DNA of 64,000 nt from Chiloscyllium plagiosum. Taxonomy: Eukaryota. The notes beneath the pieces are model-generated. The model made no database searches. It worked only from the letters and a program-made list of their open reading frames with translations, and had not been told where the DNA came from. Where the stretch lies: the NCBI RefSeq assembly GCF_004010195.1, contig NC_057718.1, forward strand, positions 6,653,068 through 6,717,067, given 5' to 3'. Positions 36,755 through 46,439 of the stretch are shown one piece after another. Both the position numbers and the translations under genes were made by a program. Within the stretch, counting starts at the first letter, position 1. Each line of letters begins with the position of its first letter.

Positions 36755-36980
36755 CGCACGGTGGCTCAGTCGTTAGCACTGAGTTCGATTCCAGCCTCAG
36801 GTGACTGTCTGTGTTGTGTTTGCACAATCTCCCCGTGTCTGCTTGGGTTTCCTCCAGGTGCTCCAGTTCCCTCCCAGTGTCCAAAACTGTGTGGTCATGG
36901 GAAATGCAGGGATGGCATGACCCTAGGTGTGGATTTTGTGGGCCGAATGGCCTGCTTCCACAATATAGGGATTCTACGAT
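36755..36980 (+). mobile_element. HE1-type SINE with internal deletions
   Basis: gcacggtggctcagtcgttagcact...gttcgattcc...gggccgaatggcctgcttcca. Confidence 0.85.
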
Positions 36981-37519
36981 TCACTTCAGAAGATGATGTA
37001 ACCTCAGAGTGAGGTGGATGCTGGGACACAGAGTAAAGTTTAGGAGGAGATAGATAGATTTTTAATTCATAATGGGGTTGAAGCGTTATGAAGGGCAGGA
37101 AAGTGGGTTTGAGATTGAGCTGAAGTCAGCCATGATCATATTGAATCATGGAGCAGGCTGGAAGGGCTGAGTGGCCAACTCCTGTTCCTAGTTCTTGGGT
37201 TCTCATAAGGAGATATTAGGGAAAGCAAGCAAAATCTCATTCAATGAGAGACTTCACTGATAGGATGAGAGGGAGAGGGGGAAAGCATGAAGGAGAGAAT
37301 TGCAGGGTCAGGTCTCATCCTCCAGTGTGAGGTCATCCAATGACTTGTCTAAAATCTTGGAGTCAGAAAGAGAAGCAGTCTGAAGTTGGATTCAGTCTGC
37401 ATGCTTCCAACTGTCATGAACCCCATGATGTTACCTTGACATTCCTGAGTTAAACAAAACGATCTCCATGTTGGACTCAATGTCAAAATGTCATTGTGGT
37501 GTATACCACCAGATATAGT

Positions 37520-37735
37520 TGCTGGTTAGCACAGTTGGTTTAATGGTTTATTTGCAATGCATTGTGGTGCCAAGTGACATGTGTTCAGTTCCTGCAGTTG
37601 CTGAGGTTACCATGAAGGACTGTCCTTCACAATCTCTTCCCTCACCTGAGGCATGGTGACCCTCAGGTCAAACCACTACCAAGCATCGCTCTCTAATGAG
37701 AGAGTAGCCTACGATCTGGGAGGACTATGAGCACT
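37520..37735 (+). mobile_element. tRNA-derived SINE (family S3)
   Basis: ggttagcacagttgg A box and gttcagttcc B box; body ctgaggttaccatgaagg...tctctaatgagagag...ggactatg. Partial minus-strand copies at ~40520, ~53265 and ~60930. Confidence 0.7.
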
Positions 37736-38167
37736 TGATAAAGGGTATATTAATATACATGCACAATGTGCTCAGGTCTAAAGAAACCAGGGCCATATTG
37801 TGGCTGTTGAGGTGAGGCAGATCATGGGAGTAGTTAGAGGGAGCAACGCTCTGCATTGGAAAGTTATTATTGGACCAACTTCCATCACCAGCTCATGCAA
37901 GTGCATTCCAAGTCGCTCTCTGGTGCTTCAGAACAAAATCTCCTGAAGGTTCCTCCAACAAGCTTTTTGCTAACTCTCCCCCCCACCTCCCCAGGGGTTT
38001 CCTAATCAGCCTTCTCAGTCTGTTCAGACTCACAGCCAGAGGCCTCATTCTGCAGTTATCTGCTGTGAGGTGAGAAAGGCCTTGTGTCCTCCTGCCTTCC
38101 GCAGGCCCTGATTAAGTCATACAAGACTCACTCTGCAAGTACAAATGCTAATTGGTGGTGAATGAGC

Positions 38168-38299
38168 ATTCCTGATGAAGGGCTTTTGCCTGAAACGTCG
38201 ATCTTCCTGCTCCTCAGAAGCTGTCTGACCTACTGTGCATTTCCAGCCCCACTTTAATCTCCAGCAAATGCAGTCCTCATTTTCACCTTCATCAGGAAT
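38168..38299 (+). mobile_element. PLE family A terminal repeat bounded by a 14-bp inverted repeat
   Basis: attcctgatgaagg at 38168-38181 and ccttcatcaggaat at 38286-38299. Confidence 0.8.
38172..38199 (+). ncRNA. Minimal hammerhead ribozyme motif (family A)
   Basis: CUGAUGA-A-GGGC-UUUU-GCCU-GAAA-CGUC; all core positions present. Confidence 0.75.
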
Positions 38300-38540
38300 A
38301 CCTTTTTGAACCGTTGCAGTCCATGTGCTGTAGCTAGACCCATAATGCCCTTTGGGAGGGAATTCCAGGATTTTGACCCAGCATCTCTGAAGGAACGGTG
38401 ATATATTTCCAAGTTAGGATGATGAGATGCTTGGAGAGGAACTTGCAAGGGGTTGTGTTCCCATGTATCTGCTGTCTTCACCCTTCTAGATAGAAGTTCT
38501 TGCTAGTTTGGAAGGACCTGCCTAAGGAGGCTTGGTGAGT
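38300..38540 (-). mobile_element. L2/CR1-group LINE 3' fragment
   Basis: Minus strand RSFRDAGSKSWNSLPKGIMGLATAHGLQRFKK (WNSLP motif). Confidence 0.7.
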
Positions 38541-38544
38541 GATA

Positions 38545-38745
38545 ACGAATTTGTACACAGCAAGCTCCCACACGCGCAGCAATAAGACATTCACTTTAGT
38601 GATGCTGGGTGACTGGAGTATCAGGAAAAACTCTCCTGCCATTCTTCAAATGTGCTTTCAGATTTTTTATATCCACCTGAGAGGACAGGCACTACTTTGG
38701 TATAATGAATCATCCAAAAGGCGGGACGTCTGACTGTGTAGAGCT
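38545..38745 (-). mobile_element. DeuSINE/SacSINE1-like relic
   Basis: cacagcaagctcccac...actctcctgccattcttcaaat...atccacctgagagg...catccaaaag matches the recalled Deu domain in reverse. Confidence 0.6.
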
Positions 38746-38910
38746 CCAAGTCAATCCAGGTTATGTACTTGTAAAAGAAAGATGTATAAAAACATACATT
38801 AGCAGGACAAATATCTTACAGAAAGGGCTCAATAGACCAAATGACATGGTTGAGAATGTGTTGCTGGAAAAGCGCAGCAGGTCAGGCAGCATCCAAGGAA
38901 CAGGAGAATC

Positions 38911-38938
38911 GACGTTTCGGGCATAAGCCCTTCTTCAG
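38911..38938 (-). ncRNA. Minimal hammerhead ribozyme motif (left arm)
   Basis: CUGAAGA-A-GGGC-UUAU-GCCC-GAAA-CGUC, perfect stem II. Confidence 0.78.
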
Positions 38939-38946
38939 GAATCTTC

Positions 38947-38974
38947 CTGAAGAAGGGCTTATGTCCGAAACGTC
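38947..38974 (+). ncRNA. Minimal hammerhead ribozyme motif (right arm)
   Basis: CUGAAGA-A-GGGC-UUAU-GUCC-GAAA-CGUC, one G.U pair in stem II. Confidence 0.75.
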
Positions 38975-39403
38975 GATTCTCCTGTTCCTTGGATGCTGCC
39001 TGACCTGCTGCACTTCTCCAGCAACACATTCTCAGCTCTGATCTCCAGCATCTGCAATCCTCACTTTCTCCTCAAATGACATTGTTCCCCATGTTATAAT
39101 ATGGCTTGGCTTAGAACTTGTGACAACAATTGTTATAGAGATTGTGACTTTGGACACTATCTAAGGCCTGACTAATTTTCAGCACATAGACACAGTGTTA
39201 AGGAGACAAAGGTTTCCAACTGTATTTGACTCATTCTCCATTATACTTGAGTCTGCTGTTAATTGATGCAATGGGAGAAAATTATTGTTGAAACTCTTTA
39301 AGTGGGAATTTGTCACAGTCAGGTTCCTTGGGATTGCTTTTTATAATTGCACTTTGTGAGGAGTGCATTTACACAATGGCAAGTGTCTTTATTTCTCTTG
39401 CAA

Positions 39404-40085
39404 ATGAATTGAATTGAATTTATTGTCACGTGTACCGAGGCGCAGTGAAAAGCTTTGTCTTGCGAGCAATACAGGCAGATCACAGAGTTAAATAGCGTAG
39501 ATTAGTAAATAATAGGTAAACAGCAGCAAAAACAAAAACACAGGTACAGGCGAATGTTAAGAGTTTATGAGTCCATTCAGTATTCTAACAACAGTAGGGT
39601 AGAAACTATTGTGAAACCGGCTGGTGCGTGTGTTCAGGCTTCTGTACCTTCTCCCCGATGGTAGAGGTTGTAGATAAACATTGCCAGGGTGGGATGGATC
39701 TTTGAGAATGCTGGCGGCCTTTCCTTGACAGTGGGCCTGGTAGATGGATTCTATAGATGGGAGGTTGGTCTTTGTGATTTTCCAGGCCGGGTTCACCACT
39801 CTCTGGGACCATCTCTGATCTTGAATGGTACAGTTGCCATACCAGGTAGTGACACATCCAAGCAGAATGCTCTTGATGGCGCACCTATAAAAGTTGGCAA
39901 GGGTATTCGCCGTCATGCCAAATTTCCTCAGCTGCCTGAGGAAGAGGAGATGTTGTTGGGTCTTTGGAACCAGTGCATCCACATGAACAGTCCAAGAAAG
40001 CTTGTTGTGGATGACCACTCCCAGGAGCTTGACACTCTCCACTTGTTCCACCTCTGTGCTGTTAATGTGTAGGGGGGCATGAGTT
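39404..40085 (-). mobile_element. Rex1/Babar-type LINE 3' end
   Basis: 164-aa open frame VESVKLLGVVIHNKLSW...QQHLLFLRQLRKFG...NFYRCAIKSILLGCVTTWYGNC...LPSGRRYRS; tail cacgtgacaataaa(ttcaa)n. Confidence 0.88.
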
Positions 40086-40397
40086 CATTGGTTTTATCAA
40101 AGTTAATATATCAGTCCTGGAGCTGCCAACTCTTTCCATTGAAGTTAAAAGGTGGGGCGGCTGGGGTGAGGTTGTGAAAGGTACAGAAGGACCAACTAGT
40201 TGGGTGAGGTGAAGTTAAAGTGGCAGGCAGCTCATGAGGAAGATAAGGACTTGGATCGAGTAGATGGGTTGTTGGACCATAGAAAGCATACAATGAAATA
40301 GGAAACTATTCGGTTCATAGGCTACAAGCACTGTGTGAGTTAAGGTAACCATAGTGTGAGAGGAGTTAAAAAGATGACAAGTAGTGGGTTTATACTG

Positions 40398-40522
40398 ATG
40401 AGAATGTGAGGACTGCCAATGCTAGAGATCATAGTCAAAACGTGTGGCGCTGGAAAAGCACAGCAGATCAGACAGCATCCAAGGAGTCGGAGAGTCGACA
40501 TTTTGGGCATGAACTCTTCACC
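40398..40522 (-). mobile_element. PLE family A terminal repeat fragment
   Basis: gagaatgtgaggactgc...gctggaaaagcacagcagatcagacagcatcc...gtcgacattttgggcat. Confidence 0.78.
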
Positions 40523-40804
40523 ATATCTCAGGTAAGGGGCAAGATTGAGAAGGCATGGTGACCTCAGCCAGTGTGGGAACTGAGCTCATGCTGTTGGCAT
40601 CACTGCATTACAACCCAGCTGTCCAGGATAACCCAGCCTAGAAGCATTGTACAATTCTATGCACATCCTTTGCTTTCTCGTGTTGGTTCTGATATCAAAA
40701 TGCTTGCTTCTCCCTTAGTTTTGCTGTGGACAGAGTTCCTGTCTCAGAAACAATCCAGCAGCTGGTGTGAAGCTGAGCGATGCTGTGAGTGGCAACATTG
40801 TCAG

Positions 40805-41232
40805 TACATGGGGCCGGAGGGCTTGAGCTATAGGGAGAGGCCGAATATGTCGGGGTGGTTTTCCCTGGAGTGTCAGAAGCTGAGGGCCGACCTTATAATG
40901 GTTTATAAAATCAGGAGAGGCAGGGTTAAGGTGAATAGGTCTTTTTCTGAGGGTAGGGGGAGTCCAGAACTAGACAGCATGGGTTTAAGGTTTGAGGGGA
41001 GAGATTTAAAAGGGACCTAAGGGGCAATTATTTCATGCAGAGGGTGGTGCGTGTTTGTGATGAGCTCCCAGAAGAAGTAGTGGAGGCTGGTACAGTTACA
41101 GTTACACCATTTAAAAGGCATCAGGATGGGTATATGAACTGGAAGGTTTAGAAGGATATAGACCAAATGCTGGCAAATGGGACTAGATTAATTCAGGAGA
41201 TCTGGTCAGCGTAGATGGGTTGGACTAAAGGG
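40805..41232 (+). mobile_element. CR1-clade LINE 3' fragment
   Basis: EGLSYRER...FSLECQKLRADLIMVYKI; typical UTR. Confidence 0.87.
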
Positions 41233-41314
41233 ATGAGTACTACCCACATCGGAAATTCTGTGCTCAGATACCTCTCTGGAAATCTTGTAGCCCTATTCTA
41301 CCTGAACACTGGTG

Positions 41315-41510
41315 TGTGGGTGCTGCACTGTCAGACGTGCAATCTCATTGTGATATTAAATCGATTCCCTGTCTGCTTTGTTTAATGATCCTTCGCTGCC
41401 GTTTTCAAGAACAGCAGGAGAGATCCCTGACCAATATTTATCCCTCCGGCCAAATCACAAAGTCGGATTATCTGATCATCAGCTGTTTGTTGCTCCCAGG
41501 AGTTTGATAC
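41315..41510 (+). mobile_element. DeuSINE/SacSINE1-like relic, 5' part (probable tail at 43385-43478)
   Basis: gtgctgcactgtcaga...aagaacagcaggagag...cctgaccaatatttatccctc...gattatctgatcat; tail cacacttccaaag...cgtgaagggcgc...aatgcaag. Confidence 0.65.
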
Positions 41511-41582
41511 AGCGTATGTACAGCCAGGGGATCACACAGAAACCGAGGAAATTCCAACAGGACTAGAGAATCTAAATGTAGG

Positions 41583-41793
41583 AAGAAAACAAAACCAACA
41601 GATGCTGGAAATCAGAAACTGCTGGAGAAACTCTGCAGATCTGGCAGCATCTGTGGAGAGGAAGCAGCGTTAACGTTTTGGGTTCTTCAAAATCCCTGAA
41701 GAAGGATGACCAGGCTGGAATTGTTAATTCTGCTTTCTCTCTCCACAGTTGCTGCCAGTCCTGAGGAGTTTCTCCAACAAATTCTGATTTTTG
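41583..41793 (-). mobile_element. PLE family B fold-back mini-element
   Basis: Left tail cagatgctggaaatc; arms gctggagaaactc...ctggcagcatctgtggagag / ctctccacagttgctgccag...gagtttctccaac; ctgaaga core at 41696. Confidence 0.72.
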
Positions 41794-41995
41794 TAAACGC
41801 AGGATGGATGACCAAGGTCACAGTCTCAGGATAGGGGTAGATCATTTAGGACCGAGATGAGGAGAAATGCCTTCACCCAGAGAGTGGGGAGCCTCTGGAA
41901 TTCATTACCACAGAAAATGTTTGGGGCCAAAACATTGAATGCTTTCAAGAAGGAGATAGATTTAGTTCTTCAGGCTAAAGGGATTGAAGGGAATC

Positions 41996-43290
41996 CGCAG
42001 TTACACCACTCCCCACCTCTTCCTCCACTACATTGATGACTGCATCAGCACTACCTCATGCTCCCAGGAGGAGGTTGAGCAGTTCATCAACTTCACCAAC
42101 ACATTCCACCCTGACCTAAAATTTACCTGGACTATCTGACACCTCCTTCCCCTTGCTGGACCTCTCCATCTCCATCAACGGTGACCGATTCAACGCTGAC
42201 ATCTTCCACAAACCCACTGACTCCCAGAGCTACCTGGATTACACCTCCTCCCATCTTTCCTCCTACAAAAATGCTATCCCTTATTCCCAATTCCTCCTCC
42301 TCCACCGCATCTGCTCCCAGGAGGAACAGTTCCACCACAGAACACACCAGGTGGCCTCCTTCTTTAAAGACTGCAATTTCCCCTCCCATGTGATTGAAGA
42401 TGCCCTTCAGTGCATCTCATCCATGTCCCGCACCTCTGCCCTCAAACCCCACTCCTCCAGCCACAACAAGGACAGAACACCCACTGTGACTACCTGTTTA
42501 GTTCCCCGCCCCCCTACCAAATCATCCTCCCCTCATGGCACCCTCCCCTGCCACCGCAGGAATTGCAAAACCTGCACCCACACCTCCTCCCTGACCTCCA
42601 TCCAAGGCCCCAAGGGAGCCTTCCACATCCATCAAAGTTTCACCTGCATTTCCATACGTCATTTACATTATCTGTTGCTCCAGATGCGGCCTCATCTACA
42701 TTAGGGAGACAGGATGCCACTTTCAGAGCGTTTTAGGGAACATCTCTGGAACACCCGCAACAATCAACCCCACCGCTCTGTGGCCAAAACACTTCAACTC
42801 CCCCTCCCACTCTGCCGAGGACTTGCAGGTCCTGGGCCTCCTCCACCACCGCTCCCTCACTACCCGACACCTAGAGGAAGAACGCCTCATCTTCTGCCTC
42901 TGGACTCTCCAACCACGTGGCATCAATGTGGATTTCCCTAGTTTCCTCATTTCCTGTTCCCCCACCTTACCCCAATTTTAACCTTCCAACTCAGCACCAT
43001 CCTCATGACCTGTCCCACCTGCCCATCTCCCTTCCCACCTGTCCGCTCCACCCTCCTCTCTGACCTATCACCTTTACTCCCACCTCCATCCACCTATTGC
43101 GCTCTCAGCTACCTTCCCCTGAGCCCCACCCCCTCCCATTTACCTCTCCACCCCCAAGGTTCCCAGCCTTATTCCTGATGAAGGACTTTTGCCTGAAACG
43201 TCGATTTTCCTGCTCCTCGGACGCTGCCTGGCCTGCTGTGCTTTTCCAGCACCCGACTCCTGACTCTAATCTCCAGCATCTGCAGTCCTA
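41996..43290 (+). mobile_element. 5'-truncated Penelope-like element, family A (Neptune-like)
   Basis: HLFLHYIDDC (RT catalytic motif), thumb KPTDSQSYLDYTSSH...IPYSQF, Cys linker PCHRRNCKTC, degenerate GIY-YIG (LIYIRET...RFREHL), terminal repeat with hammerhead and tail. Confidence 0.93.
43175..43202 (+). ncRNA. Hammerhead motif at the 3' end of the PLE
   Basis: CUGAUGA-A-GGAC-UUUU-GCCU-GAAA-CGUC; core intact, stem II weakened. Confidence 0.65.
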
Positions 43291-43978
43291 CTGAATTAGA
43301 TGATCAACCATGATCATATTGAATGGCAGAGCAGGCTCGAAGGGCCGAATGACCTACTCCTGCTGCTATTTTCTATGTTTCTATGACCACACTTCCAAAG
43401 TGAACCATCTGCTCTGAAGTGCTTTAGAGAAATCCAGTAATCGTGAAGGGCGCCGCGTGAATGCAAGATTTTCTTTATGTTGACAGGCAGAAGTGGACCA
43501 AATGCGATCCTTGCTTCTATGTTCCTCGGAGAGTTTCCAGTCAGAAAGCTCCCTTTCCCACGGTCCAGCTGTTGCACAATGGAAATGCAAACACAGCACA
43601 CAGACAGCTGAAACTTTGAGTGTATTTATTAACTGTACATTAGAACAGGAGAAATCCAATGTGGTTGCCTGAAATGCAACTTCAAATCCATTCACTATTT
43701 CCAAACAAACCCATTAAGAAAATTGCTGCTTCTTATTTATACCCAGTAAACCAGCATTCCAAGTGACCTCAGGTTGCTGGGTTACTAAGCCAATTGAACA
43801 GTTTATATTCATAACTGGTATAAGTCAGCATGGTGAGAGCTGGCATTTCCAAAACTCCTGCTGTCCAATTTCCTCTCAGATCTGCCAGAGAGTGACATGC
43901 ACTGGATTTGGAGGTTTGGCGGTGGGGCGGGGTCTTCAGGTTTACATTTTCGAAGGGAACAGGGCAGAGTCTCAGTGG

Positions 43979-44108
43979 AGGCGAAAGTGAGGATGGCAGA
44001 TGCTGGAGGTTGGAGTCGAGAGTGTGGTGCTGGAAAAGCACAGCAGGTCAGGCAGCATCCGAGGAGCAGGAGAGTTGACGTTTCAGGCATAAGCCCTTCA
44101 TCAGGAAT
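43979..44108 (-). mobile_element. PLE family A solo terminal repeat with tail
   Basis: gaaagtgaggatggcagatgctggag...gacgtttcaggcataagcccttcatcaggaat. Confidence 0.85.
44077..44104 (-). ncRNA. Minimal hammerhead ribozyme motif (family A)
   Basis: CUGAUGA-A-GGGC-UUAU-GCCU-GAAA-CGUC. Confidence 0.75.
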
Positions 44109-44179
44109 TTGTGCAATGTGGTCGAGGGAGAGATTTGGGACAAACACAGGATAAGACATTCAGGAGGCTTATCTCATAC

Positions 44180-44478
44180 ACAGTTTAAAAATACAGGGTA
44201 GGCCATTTAGAACAGAGCTGAGGAGAAACTTCTTCACCCAGAGAGTGGTGGGTGTGTGGAATGCTCTGCCCCAGAGGGCTGCGGAGGCCCAGTCTCTGGA
44301 TACTTTCAAGAAAGAGTTGGATAGAGCTCTTAAGGATAGTGGAATTGACGGTTATGGGGATAAGGCAGGAACAGGATGCTGATTGTGGATGATCAGCCAT
44401 GATCATATTGAATGGTAGTGCTGGCTCGAAGGGCCAAATGGCCTACTCCTGCATTTATTGTCTATTGTCTATTGTCAT
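44180..44478 (+). mobile_element. CR1-clade LINE 3' end
   Basis: aggagaaacttcttcacccagagagtggtg...ggaatgctctgcccc...gaagggccaaatggcctactcctgc and (tctattg)n tail. Confidence 0.9.
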
Positions 44479-44613
44479 AGCACTTAGAACAATACAGAGT
44501 AGGAAGAGGCCCTTCGACCCTCCATGTCTGTGCTGACCATGATGCCATTCTAAACTACTCCCATCTGCCTGCACATTGTCTGAATCGCTCTATCCCTTGC
44601 CTGTCCACGTGTC

Positions 44614-44840
44614 TGAAAAATGTGTTGCTAGAAAAGCGCAGCAGGTCAGGCAGCATCAAAGGAGCAGGAGAATCGATGTTTTGGGCGTAAGCCCTTCTTC
44701 AGGAATGAGCCCTCCTGAAGAAGGGCTTATGCCCGAAACGTCGATTCTTCTGCTCTTTTGATGCTGCCTGACCTGCTGCGCTTTTCCAGCAACACATTTT
44801 TCAGCTCTGATCTCCAGCATCTGCAGTCCTCACTTTCTCC
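44614..44840 (+). mobile_element. PLE family A fold-back mini-element with TSD
   Basis: 91-nt arms 44614-44704 and 44713-44803, 8-nt spacer, 37-nt tail, TSD ctgtccac(g/a)tgtct at 44601-44614 and 44841-44854. Confidence 0.92.
44715..44742 (+). ncRNA. Minimal hammerhead ribozyme motif (right arm)
   Basis: CUGAAGA-A-GGGC-UUAU-GCCC-GAAA-CGUC, perfect. Confidence 0.78.
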
Positions 44841-45864
44841 CTGTCCACATGTCTGTCTAAATGCCTTTTAATCATTGCTATTGTGTCTGCTTCTACCACC
44901 CCCTCTGGCAGCTCATTCCAGGCACCTACCACCTTCTATGTAAAAACACTTGGTCAAGTATCTCCTTTCGACTTTCCCCCTCTCACCTTAAACCTAAGCC
45001 CTCTCATTTACCATTTCTAACCTGGGGAAAAGACTCCGAGTTACTCCAAGCAAAGCCTAGCTAATGTTTTGAACAGCTGCAACAAAATGTTTATACTCAA
45101 TGCCCTGAGCGATGAAAGCAAGCATGCCATATGCCTTCAATACCATCTTGACCACTTGTGTTGCCATTTTCAAGGATGATAGACTTGTACCCCTCTGGAT
45201 AACAATGTGTCTAAGGGTCCTGCCATTTACAGTATACTTTCCCCTTACATTTGACCTTCCAAAATGCATCACCTCTTCTCCTTGGGAGCACCTTGCTACA
45301 TCCTTTACACATTTGTCAAGTAATGAGGTTAGTGTCACACAAGTTGGTGGTGTATTGCCAATTAACAGGAACTACAGCTTGTTAAACCCCTCACTGACAC
45401 TGTAGCTCTCCTCATTAATATACAGCTTCCAATCTTAAACACACTGAATAACATCGACATGGAGACTCCTTGACTTGGCAGTCAGAGCAGCTCACCACTG
45501 GCTATGAGGAATCTCCATGTTCCTCACCACACAACTGCAACTCAAAGTATCATCATTGGGCATTGGCCACACTTAACCCTTATTATGGGAATTGACATCC
45601 CATAATCACCATCTCCTCATGGACATCATGACAGCTCTCCAATCCACAGAGTGCTTAGGAAGTGTACCATACAAGCGCTGCATTGTATGGTACACCAGCA
45701 TCTCCCAGTGAAAGACAGCTGAAAGGGCACCGTGGGCACAGGGTTAGGGACTAGCTCACAGACTGGGTCAGGCTGTATCTCGGGGTTGCTCACTTACTCT
45801 CCTAATGCTCACTTACTTAGCACCTATCCACTTACTCACAATATCCCTGCCTCTGTAGGGAGGG

Positions 45865-46078
45865 CCAGTGTAAAGGCAGCTTTACTCTGTATCTAACCCC
45901 GTGATGTTGTTGTCCTGGAGTGTTTGATGGGGACAGTGTAGAGGGACCTTTACTCTGTATCGAACCCTGTGCTGTCCCTGTCCTGGGAGTGTTTGATGGG
46001 GGCAGTGTCAAGGAAGCTTTACTCGTTTCTAACCCCATGCTGTCCCTGTCCTGAGAGTGCTTGATGGGGGACAGAGTA
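45865..46078. repeat. ~69-bp minisatellite, about 3 copies
   Basis: tttactctgtatctaaccc...gtcctgggagtgtttgatggggacagtgt recurs at 45881, 45949 and 46018. Confidence 0.9.
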
Positions 46079-46439
46079 ACAGACACTTGGGGTATTTGGC
46101 TTGGTGCTGTGATCTATATTTCCCACATTGCCATAGAGATTACACATCATCGCCTTTGGGTATATTGGACGCTGGTAGAGTGTACATATGTAAATGTGTT
46201 CTTTGTCACATCCATTCTCCTTTCAAAAGCACATCTTGTACCCATTTGCTTCAATGGTCTTTTCTGGGAATTTATTCCAGACGTCTGATTCCCTTTATGT
46301 GGAAAAGTTGATTCCTATTTTTACTTTTAATATTCTATTTTTAACTCATCTCTCTTGGTGCCTTTTTCATAGTGAACAATTTGTCTGGGCATCACCATTA
46401 CAATTGTTCCTAATTTAAATTGCTCCACACTATTAGGCT

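Larger units (their letters stand above)
38851..39072 (+). mobile_element. PLE family A fold-back mini-element with TSD
   Basis: 91-nt arms 38851-38941 and 38944-39034 (3 mismatches), 38-nt tail, TSD caaatgacat(g/t)gt at 38838-38850 and 39073-39085. Confidence 0.92.
41800..43385 (+). mobile_element. CR1 3' end split by a PLE (41800-41995 and 43291-43385)
   Basis: The two pieces are collinear with the CR1 3' ends at 21580-21890 and 44180-44478. Confidence 0.8.
44480..45290 (-). mobile_element. CR1-clade LINE fragment, tail-to-tail with the previous copy
   Basis: EVMHFGRSNVRGKYTVNGRTLR...KAYGMLAFI; reverse tail near 44490-44540; interrupted at 44614-44840. Confidence 0.85.

Noticed and set aside
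38851..39034. Pre-miRNA or classical DNA-transposon MITE
   Set aside because: The arms are identical in type to PLE 3' ends, and the one-sided tail and ~13-bp TSD do not fit Tc1/mariner or hAT MITEs. Small-RNA production is untested.
39557..40051. 164-aa ORF as a domesticated gene
   Set aside because: It is the C-terminal part of a Rex1/Babar-type LINE ORF followed by the element's own tail, and it lacks the RT core.
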